64,000 bases of DNA from an uncultured Solirubrobacterales bacterium (GTDB taxonomy: Bacteria; Actinomycetota; Thermoleophilia; Solirubrobacterales; 70-9). The stretch lies in the NCBI GenBank assembly GCA_963817275.1, contig CAWFOA010000008.1:101454-165453 (forward strand), given 5' to 3'. Shown one piece after another: positions 46,864 to 54,595 of the stretch. Every line of letters starts with the position of its first letter. The first letter of the stretch is position 1. The notes under the pieces are model-generated. The model was given only the letters and a program-made list of their open reading frames with translations. It searched no databases and was not told the DNA's origin. A program made the translations under genes and the position numbers.

Positions 46864-49275
46864 TCACGCTGAGATCGCGTGCGCCGCGTGCCCGTGGTGC
46901 ACCGTCTTGTGGAGTTCCTGCGCCTCTTCCTCGGACTCATGCGGATTGATGTCGAAGACGACCTTCTTGATCTTTCCGGTAAACGCAAACGGCTTTCGGT
47001 CCTCATAGCCCTGATCGACCACACCGCCGTTGTCCCGCCCGATGTCCATCCCGGCGTAGCCCGAGAAGCGAATCGGCACGGTGTGATCCATCCGTCCCTT
47101 GCCGACGGGACGGTCGTCGATGAGCAGGGTCACCTCCCCGCCGGTGGCCGGCTTCGCCTCGTCGGCATCGAACTGCATCCGCACCGTCACCTCACCCTCG
47201 GGCAGCGACTCCTCTGCCTCCTGGCGGAAGACGAAGACGCCCATCATCGAGTAGGTGTGGGTCAGTTTGCCGCCGTCGATGAACAAAGAGAACCCGCCGA
47301 GATGGTCGGCCTCGGCGACGATCACCCCCTCGGCGCCGCCCTTCGGGATCACCAGGTCGGCACTGATCGAGTAGGAGTGGTTGTAGATCCGCGGGATCAT
47401 CCCCGAGAGGACGTTCTGGACGTCGCCGCGGAACTCGAACTTGGAAACCTCGGGCAGCGGCGGGACGATGCCGAAGAACGGCGCCAGGGTGGCGAGCAGA
47501 GGCGTCACGTTGTACTTCTCGGCCTCGGCCCAGAAGAGCTCCCTTAGCTCCTTCACCTTCTCGGGGTTCTCCGCGGCCAGATCCTTCGCCTGGGAGAAGT
47601 CGTCGGGAAGGTAGTAGAGCTCGATGGGGTCCTGGTCCGGGTCCCAGACGCCGGGTTTGTACGGCTCGAGCGCCTCCGGCGTGAGCACCCAGGGGATCCG
47701 CTCGGTCCTCATCGCGAGCCACCAGCCGTCCTTGTACATCGCTCGGTTGCCAATCGTCTCGAAGTACTGCTGGGTGTGACGCTCGGGAGCGTCCTCGTCC
47801 TTGAACGAGTCGGCGAACGTCTCGCCGTGCATCGGCTGTTGCTCGATCCCGTCGATGTGGGTCGGCATCGGGATGCCCGCGATGTCGAGGATGGTCGGGC
47901 CGACGTCGATCACGTGAGTGAAGTGACTCCGGAGGGCACCCCCCTCTCTGACCATTTCGGGCCAGTGGACCACCATGGGGTTGCGGGTGCCGCCGAGGTG
48001 GGAACCGACCTGCTTACCCCACTTGAACGGCGTGTTGCCCGCCCATGCCCAGGCCGCCGAGTAGTGGGGCGCCATCATCTGGTTCCCCCACGCCTCCACC
48101 CCGCCGTAGCGCTCGGAGAGCTGTAGCTGCATCTCATCCGTCAGTGGGATCCCGTTCTGCATCGTCAGCTCATTGAAGGAGCCGGTGATGGTGCCCTCCA
48201 TGCTGGCGCCGTTGTCGCCCCAGATCCAGAAGATGAGCGTGTTTTCCAGCTCGCCCAGCTCGTCGATCGCGTCGATCACCCGGCCGACGTTGTGGTCCGC
48301 GTTCTCCGAGTAGCCGGCGTAGACCTCCATCTGGCGCGCGTAGAACGCCTTCAGCTTGTCCGGCACGTCCTCCCAGGCGGGGAACGCGTCGTCGCGTTCG
48401 GTGAGCTCAGCGTCAGGGGGAATGACTCCGAGCTCCTTCTGCCTCGCGAAGGTCTCCTCGCGCATCTTGTCCCAGCCCTGATCGAACCTGCCCTTGTACT
48501 TCTCCGCCCAGTGCTCGGCGACGTGATGCGGAGCGTGGCTGCAGCCCGTGGAGAAGTAGGTGAAGAACGGCTTGGTCGCGTCCTGCGCCCGGATCCTGTG
48601 CAGCCATTCGATCGTCTTGTCCGCCATATCGTCGGGCAGGTAGTACGGGTCCTCCCCTTCGTCGTAGTAGGCCTCGGGCGTGCCGATGATCTTCTGGTTC
48701 TCAGCCAGGCATGGGTCCCACTGGCCCGATCCGCCGCCCAGGAAGCCGTAGAAGTAGTCGAAACCCCATCCGGTGGGCCAGCGGTTGAACGGCCCGGCCG
48801 GGCCCTGCTGGCCGTCCGGCGTCAGGTGCCACTTGCCGAAGGCGGAAGTGCTGTAGCCGTTGTCCCGGAGGATCCTCGGGAACGGAACGCAGTCGTCCGG
48901 GACGAACGCGGTGTAGCCAGGGAACCCGGTCGAGAACTCGCCAACCGAGCCGAAGCCGACCGCGTGGCTGTTGCGGCCGGTCAGCAGCGCCGCGCGCGTC
49001 GGAGAGCAGAGCGCGGGAACATGGAAGCGGTTGTAGCGGACGCCCTCGTCGGCCATTCGCGTGTAGTTCGGCGTGTCGATCGGCCCTCCGAAGGTTGCGG
49101 GGTTGCCGAAGCCTGCGTCGTCAATCAGCACCAGCAGGACGTTCGGGGCGCCGTCGGGAGCTTCGACGTGACCGATCGCCTCCCAGTCAGGCTGCGAGCC
49201 GTCGAGCGTTCGGTTCGTCACACCACCGAAGGGCGGCATGCGGATCGGGAGCTTGCTGCGATCGGGCTGGCTCAT
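46864..49275 (-). CDS. Large arylsulfatase (type I, formylglycine-dependent)
   Basis: 803 aa from the ATG at 49275, with a GGAGGAG ribosome-binding site. It has LIDDAGFGNPATFGG and the sulfatase signature PALCSPTRAALLTGRN. No signal peptide is visible. Confidence 0.9.
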   Translation of the reverse strand: MSQPDRSKLPIRMPPFGGVTNRTLDGSQPDWEAIGHVEAPDGAPNVLLVLIDDAGFGNPATFGGPIDTPNYTRMADEGVRYNRFHVPALCSPTRAALLTGRNSHAVGFGSVGEFSTGFPGYTAFVPDDCVPFPRILRDNGYSTSAFGKWHLTPDGQQGPAGPFNRWPTGWGFDYFYGFLGGGSGQWDPCLAENQKIIGTPEAYYDEGEDPYYLPDDMADKTIEWLHRIRAQDATKPFFTYFSTGCSHAPHHVAEHWAEKYKGRFDQGWDKMREETFARQKELGVIPPDAELTERDDAFPAWEDVPDKLKAFYARQMEVYAGYSENADHNVGRVIDAIDELGELENTLIFWIWGDNGASMEGTITGSFNELTMQNGIPLTDEMQLQLSERYGGVEAWGNQMMAPHYSAAWAWAGNTPFKWGKQVGSHLGGTRNPMVVHWPEMVREGGALRSHFTHVIDVGPTILDIAGIPMPTHIDGIEQQPMHGETFADSFKDEDAPERHTQQYFETIGNRAMYKDGWWLAMRTERIPWVLTPEALEPYKPGVWDPDQDPIELYYLPDDFSQAKDLAAENPEKVKELRELFWAEAEKYNVTPLLATLAPFFGIVPPLPEVSKFEFRGDVQNVLSGMIPRIYNHSYSISADLVIPKGGAEGVIVAEADHLGGFSLFIDGGKLTHTYSMMGVFVFRQEAEESLPEGEVTVRMQFDADEAKPATGGEVTLLIDDRPVGKGRMDHTVPIRFSGYAGMDIGRDNGGVVDQGYEDRKPFAFTGKIKKVVFDINPHESEEEAQELHKTVHHGHAAHAISA

Positions 49276-49486
49276 CGTCTCCTCCGGAGGTTCACTTGGC
49301 CGATGGCGAGGTTGCCTGGCAATCCATTGAGCATGGACCAAACACCCTCGTCCCTCGGAACACATCATCCGAACAGGGTGAAAGCGTCCACCGCCTCTCC
49401 CTCGGAGCCGTTGCGATTTCACCCGATCGGGATGACGACGAGACCGGCTCGATCAGGTTGGCTTCGCCGCGAGCAGAGGCTCCCGC

Positions 49487-49921
49487 ATGACCACCGCTAC
49501 GGCCAACCCGAACAACTTCCAGTACACGGCTCGCCCTCGGATCCCCGTCGTGGCGGAGGCGGTCATCCCAAGCGGGTGGCTGCTCACCATCGGCCTGCTC
49601 AATCTCTTCTATGCGATCTCGGTGCTCGCCGGCTCGCACATCTTCATCACGACCGCCTCCTGGCTGGTCGGCGACACGCGTCCGGAAGGCTGGTTGATTT
49701 TGATCATTGCGCTGATCCAACTGGCCGCGGCCCCCGGTGTCCTGCTCATGAAGCTCGGGGCGCTCGCGATCGGCGGCATCTCGGTGATCGGTCACGTGGT
49801 GGCGCTCGTCATGTTCTTCCCGGATGCGCCCTGGGTCGCGATCGCACTGCTCGCCCTGGACGCAATCGTCTTTCTCTGCCTGCTGAGCGTCGCGAGGACT
49901 GCTCGGGTATCAATCAGCTGA
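49487..49921 (+). CDS. Four-TM membrane protein translationally coupled to glutamate decarboxylase
   Basis: 144 aa with four hydrophobic helices. Its stop overlaps the gad start (ATGA at 49918-49921). I recognise no family. Confidence 0.55.
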   Translation: MTTATANPNNFQYTARPRIPVVAEAVIPSGWLLTIGLLNLFYAISVLAGSHIFITTASWLVGDTRPEGWLILIIALIQLAAAPGVLLMKLGALAIGGISVIGHVVALVMFFPDAPWVAIALLALDAIVFLCLLSVARTARVSIS

Positions 49922-51312
49922 TGGCGACCGGCAAGGACAAGCTGAGCAAGCTGCTCGATCAGTTCAAGGAGGAGCCGCGCGGGGCCTGGCTGACGGAGGA
50001 CGCGCCGCGGGAGGCGATTCCCGAGCACGCGATGGACTCGATCGCCGCGATGCGGCTCGTTAGTCAGGAGCTTGCCGTCGAGGGAATCCCCGAGCGGAAC
50101 CTGGCGACCTTCGTGACCACCTGGATGGAGCCCGAGGCTCGCGTGGTGATCGACGAGAACCTGCACCGGAACTTCATCGATCACGCCGAGTACCCGATGA
50201 CCGCGGAGATCGAGCAGCGCTGCATCAGGATGCTCGCCGAGCTCTTCAACGCCCCGGGCGAGACGACGGGCGCTCGCACGCAGGGTTCTTCCGAGGCGAT
50301 CATGCTCGGCGCGCTCTCGCTGAAGTGGAACTGGCGGAAGCGACGTGAGGCGGACGGCAAGGACACTGACAAGCCGAACCTCGTCTTCGGCGGGGACGTG
50401 CACGTGGTCTGGGAGAAGTTCTGCCGCTACTTCGACGTCGAGCCGCGGATCGTTCCCCTGCAGGCCGGCAAGTACACGATCGGCCCCGAGGACGTCGAGC
50501 CTCACCTCGACGAGAACACGATCGGCGTCGCGGCCGTGGTCGGGACCACCTTCACCGGCCACGCCGACGACGTCGTCGGGATCAACGAGCTGCTGCTCAA
50601 TCACAAGAACGAGAAGGGGCTCGACATCCCCCTGCACATCGACGGCGCCAGCGGCGCCTTCGTGTGGCCCTTCCTCTACCCGGACTCGAAGTGGGACTTC
50701 CGGCTGGAGCAGGTTCGGTCGATCAATGCCTCAGGGCACAAGTTCGGCCTGGTGTACCCGGGCATCGGCTGGCTGATCTTCCGCGAGAAGGCGGACCTCG
50801 CGGAGGACCTCGTCTTCTACGAGAACTACCTCGGCAAGACGGACGCCACCTTCACCCTCAACTTCTCAACCGGCTCCGCGATGGTGCTGGCTCAGTACTA
50901 CAACTTCGTCCGCTTCGGCAAGGCCGGCTACCGGCTGATCATGGAGATCATGCAGGAGAACGCGCAGGCGCTCGCCAAGGACCTGGACGGCATGGGCCCG
51001 TTCCAGATCATCGGGGCCGGGGAGGAAACGCTTCCACTGGTGGCCTTCAACCTCGCGGAGGCACACCCCTACGACGAGTTCGACATCGCCTTCCAGCTCT
51101 CGGCCGAGCGCGGCTGGATGCTGCCCGCGTACACGATGCCGCCGGACGCGCACGACGTGAAGATGATGCGGGCGCTGGTCAAGGTCAACCTGAGCCGCTC
51201 ACTCGTCGACCGGCTGGTGGAGGACATCGCGGACGCGATCAAGACCCTGGAGAAAAAGGGTCCTGTCAGCGAGTCCGAGCGGAAGCGCGTCAAGACCAAC
51301 ATCAGCCACTGA
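49921..51312 (+). CDS. gadB: Glutamate decarboxylase (PLP-dependent)
   Basis: 463 aa. It has NLATFVTTWMEPEA, HIDGASGAFVWPF and the PLP-lysine motif SINASGHKFGLVYPGIGW. Confidence 0.9.
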   Translation: MATGKDKLSKLLDQFKEEPRGAWLTEDAPREAIPEHAMDSIAAMRLVSQELAVEGIPERNLATFVTTWMEPEARVVIDENLHRNFIDHAEYPMTAEIEQRCIRMLAELFNAPGETTGARTQGSSEAIMLGALSLKWNWRKRREADGKDTDKPNLVFGGDVHVVWEKFCRYFDVEPRIVPLQAGKYTIGPEDVEPHLDENTIGVAAVVGTTFTGHADDVVGINELLLNHKNEKGLDIPLHIDGASGAFVWPFLYPDSKWDFRLEQVRSINASGHKFGLVYPGIGWLIFREKADLAEDLVFYENYLGKTDATFTLNFSTGSAMVLAQYYNFVRFGKAGYRLIMEIMQENAQALAKDLDGMGPFQIIGAGEETLPLVAFNLAEAHPYDEFDIAFQLSAERGWMLPAYTMPPDAHDVKMMRALVKVNLSRSLVDRLVEDIADAIKTLEKKGPVSESERKRVKTNISH

Positions 51313-51317
51313 GCGAC

Positions 51318-51548
51318 TCAGCCGGTCGTATCCGCCCTGCGGATCACGCTGACCGCGAGGATCGCTCCGACCGCGAGTCCGGCGACGATCGCGATGATGC
51401 CCACGACCGGGCCGATGAAGAAGAAGCACGCCAGGACCACCAGGAACCAGAGCGCAAGGCCGAGCGTCAGCTTGACGCCAATCAGGTCGGACACGTCGGC
51501 GCCCTGATCAAGCCCACGCTCCTCCTCTTGCGGGGAATCATTTGCCAT
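51318..51548 (-). CDS. Small two-TM membrane protein
   Basis: 76 aa (MANDSPQEEERGLDQ...LALWFLVVLACFFFIGPVVGIIAIVAGLAVGAILAV). The composition looks like real coding sequence. I recognise no family. Confidence 0.4.
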   Translation of the reverse strand: MANDSPQEEERGLDQGADVSDLIGVKLTLGLALWFLVVLACFFFIGPVVGIIAIVAGLAVGAILAVSVIRRADTTG

Positions 51549-51689
51549 GGGTGCACTTGTAGAACGCCCGGCCGGGCTAGTCATCACTCGGAATGGGTGA
51601 TGAGCGAATTCCGCAGAATCTCCGAGCAGCTGTCCATTTCCACGCCCTCCGTTCGTCTCTGAGGCGAAACTCACATCCAGGAGGTAGTC

Positions 51690-52049
51690 ATGAAGTACGC
51701 GTTGCTGATTCATCAGGGCACGACCCCCCTTCCCGGCACGGAGGAGTGGGAGAACCTCTCCGAGGACGAGCAGAAGGCGGTCTACGGCGCATACCAGGAG
51801 GTCAATCAGACTCCCGGCGTGACGCCCAACGACTTCCAGCTGGACTCCCCGGAGACGGCCACCACCGTCCGCGTGGACGACGACAAGACGCTGACCACCG
51901 ACGGCCCATTCGTCTCCATCAAGGAGGCGATCGGAGGGTGGCTGACCTACGAGGCCGACGACCTCGACGCCGCGATCGAGCTCGCCTCCAAGATTCCGGC
52001 GGCTCGCATGGGCGGCGCGATCGAGATCCGGCCGATCATGGAGCGATAG
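51690..52049 (+). CDS. YCII/DGPF-domain protein
   Basis: 119 aa. It reads MKYALLIH...TDGPFVSIKEAIGGWLTYEADDLDAAIELASKIP. A GGAGG ribosome-binding site is present. Confidence 0.8.
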   Translation: MKYALLIHQGTTPLPGTEEWENLSEDEQKAVYGAYQEVNQTPGVTPNDFQLDSPETATTVRVDDDKTLTTDGPFVSIKEAIGGWLTYEADDLDAAIELASKIPAARMGGAIEIRPIMER

Positions 52050-53217
52050 CGATCCTCGAGCAGGTCTTCCGCGACGAGTGGGGCCGCGTCCTCGCCAACC
52101 TGATCGGCTTCCTCGGCAGCTTCGAGCTGGCCGAGGAGGCCGCTCAGGAGGCGTTCGCGATCGCGGCGGAGCGCTGGCCGCGCGAGGGGACACCCGAGAA
52201 CCCCAGGGCCTGGCTGTTGACGACAGCTCGCAACCGGGCCATCGACCGAATCCGGCGCGACCGCACCCTCGCCGAGAAGACGCGCCTGCTCGACGTACCC
52301 GAGGCAGTGGAGGACAAGGTGGATGAGACGACGATTCCCGACGAGCGGCTCGAGCTGCTCTTCACCTGCTGCCACCCCGCGCTGGCGCTGGACGGCCAGG
52401 TTGCGCTGACGCTTCGGACGCTGGGCGGATTGACGACCGACGAGATCGCCCGCGCCTTCCTGGTCCCGAAGGAGACGATGGCGAAGCGGCTGGTCCGCGC
52501 GAAGCACAAGATCGAGGCGGCCGGGATCCCCTTCCGCGTGCCTCCCCCCACCTGCTCCCGGACCGGCTCGCCGCTGTGCTCGCCGTGATCTATCTGATCT
52601 TCAACGAGGGATACGGTGGCCGAGGTGAGCTCGCGGCGGAGGCGATCCGCATCGATCGCGCGCTGGCAGAGCTGATGCCGGACGAGGCGGAGGTGCACGG
52701 GCTGCTCGCCTTGATGCTGGTGAACAACGCCCGCAGCGAGGCTCGGTTCGCGGCGGGCGAGCTGGTCCTGCTCGCCGATCAGGACCGCTCGCTCTGGGAT
52801 GACGAGGAGATCGGTCGGGGCCGGACGGCGCTCGACCGCGCGATGGCACTCGGCGGCCGTGGCCCGTACGTGCTGCAGGCGGCGATCGCGATCCTCCACA
52901 CGGAGAAGACGGTGGACTGGCCGCGGATTGCCGCCCTCTACGGAGAGCTCGCCCGGCTGACGGGTTCACCGGTGGTGGAGCTGAACAGGGCCGCCGCCCT
53001 CGCCGAGGCCGGCGACCCGGAGGCTGCGCTTGCGCTGGCCGACGGTCTCGATCTTCAGACCTACCACTACCTGCACTCGACTCGCGGGGAATTGCTGCGG
53101 CGCCTGGACCGGGATGATGAAGCCCTGGCGGCCTACAAGCGGGCGCTCGAGCTCGTGCACTCGGACGCCGAGAGGCGCTTCCTGGAGCGGCGTATGGCCG
53201 AGATCAAAGGCCGGTGA
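52046..53217 (+). CDS. ECF sigma factor with a C-terminal TPR-like extension (ECF42-type); frameshifted near 52548 and lacking a clear start codon
   Basis: The sigma-2 region is WGRVLANLIGFLGSFELAEEAAQEAFAIAAERWP and the sigma-4 region is TLRTLGGLTTDEIARAFLVPKETMAKRLVRAKHKI. The expected PPHLLPDRLAAVLAVIYLIFNEGY is split by a 1-nt deficit in a C run. The C-terminal domain reads LLALMLVNNAR...YHYLHSTRGELLRRL. Confidence 0.75.
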
Positions 53218-54595
53218 CTGCGTCGAGCCGCTTCTTGGAGATCGCCTCTGTGAACTCCTTGAAGTCCCGATCGTTCTGGTCCGCGTAGACCTCGGCGAAG
53301 TCGCTGATGGCCCGGTCGAAAGCCTCTCCCTTGCCGAGGTAGGCGGCGATCGCAATGCGGTCGCCCGAGCGCGCGTGGGCCCGGGCAAGGGTCCATCCGC
53401 AGAGCTTGGCGTAGAGGCCCATGGTGGTGGGGTTCATCCGTTCGATCTCGGCCGAGCCCTTGCCGTCCCAGAGCTGGCGCACGTAGAAGTCGCGCTGCTT
53501 GCCGTCCACTCCCGTCGCCGTGGTCCAGCCCAGGAAGATGTCGCTGGCCGCCTGCATCAGGCGCTGCCCCTCCACTACGCGCCTCCCCTGCTGCTTGAAC
53601 GGCCCGGCGCCGGTGAATGGCTCGAGCACCGAGTTTTGGGCCTCCTTCGCCTGCAGGAACAGTGGATCCTGCGAGTCCCGACCGAGCAGGAGCAGGATCC
53701 AGGCACGGGTTCCGACGCTCCCCACTCCGACGACCTTGTGAGCGATATCCACGAATCGATAACGCTCGACCAGCTGCCGCACATCCCGGTCGAGCGTTCG
53801 CACATAGGCGGCGTAGACGTCGCGGAGCCGCTTCTCGATCATCTTTGCGTCAACGCCCTCGAGCATCTCCGCGATAGGGACGATCAGGGGCGGGTCGCTG
53901 ACTATGCGGACCTCACCCCCGTCCGCACGCGTGAGCCTGGCGAAGGCCCGCATGCTGTTCTTGCTCTCCGCCTTGGCCCGCTGCTTCTCGTAGCGCTTCG
54001 TCGTCTTGCGAGACATCTGCGACCGGTAGCGCTCGATCGCGTCGATATCCATGCGCTCGTACCAAACCTCGAGCGTGCGCATCGCCGCCAGTCTGCGCAT
54101 CTCGCGCCGATACTCGCCGGCGGCTTCGGCAAGCACCGCGCGCCGCTCGGACTCGCGGAAGCCGAGGTTGCGCCCGCCGATCGCGAAGCTGGCCGCGAGC
54201 CGTTTGACGTCCCACTCGAACGGGCCCGGGTGGGTCTCGTCGAAGTCGTTGATGTCGAAGATCAGTCGCCTGTCAGGCGCGGCGAAGACGCCGAAGTTGG
54301 ACAGGTGCGCGTCACCGCAAAGCTGAACCGTCAGGCCGGAATCCGGACCTGCGGCGAGGTCAGCCGCCATGATCGCCGCAGCCCCGCGGTAGAAGGTGAA
54401 CGCCGAGGCGGCCATCCGCCCGTGGCGGATCGGCACCAGTTCCTTGACCCGCGTCTTGTCCTGACCCACGAGGATCTTCACCGGATCCTGACGATCCGAA
54501 GGCGCCTCCCAGCCCGCATGCGCCGAGCGTGGCGTCCTGCGCCGCGCAGCTTTGCCCGCTGCCTCGCTCTCCGCCGGGGTCGGAAGATCAGCCAT
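53204..54595 (-). CDS. DUF2252-family protein (uncharacterised)
   Basis: About 463 aa from the ATG at 54595. It has FTFYRGAAAIMAADL, CGDAHLSNFG and DINDFDETHPGPFEWDVKRL, which I recall as typical of DUF2252. It overlaps the LAL regulator stop by 8 nt. Confidence 0.7.
   Translation of the reverse strand: MADLPTPAESEAAGKAARRRTPRSAHAGWEAPSDRQDPVKILVGQDKTRVKELVPIRHGRMAASAFTFYRGAAAIMAADLAAGPDSGLTVQLCGDAHLSNFGVFAAPDRRLIFDINDFDETHPGPFEWDVKRLAASFAIGGRNLGFRESERRAVLAEAAGEYRREMRRLAAMRTLEVWYERMDIDAIERYRSQMSRKTTKRYEKQRAKAESKNSMRAFARLTRADGGEVRIVSDPPLIVPIAEMLEGVDAKMIEKRLRDVYAAYVRTLDRDVRQLVERYRFVDIAHKVVGVGSVGTRAWILLLLGRDSQDPLFLQAKEAQNSVLEPFTGAGPFKQQGRRVVEGQRLMQAASDIFLGWTTATGVDGKQRDFYVRQLWDGKGSAEIERMNPTTMGLYAKLCGWTLARAHARSGDRIAIAAYLGKGEAFDRAISDFAEVYADQNDRDFKEFTEAISKKRLDAVTGL

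Noticed and set aside
48292-51312. A 1006 aa track ORF that appears to fuse a long N-terminal region to glutamate decarboxylase
   Set aside because: The first 540 aa or so are antisense to the arylsulfatase gene and run through an intergenic region. Their Arg/Ala/Gly/Pro-rich composition is typical of wrong-frame translation in GC-rich DNA. The real gad gene starts at the ATG at 49921.
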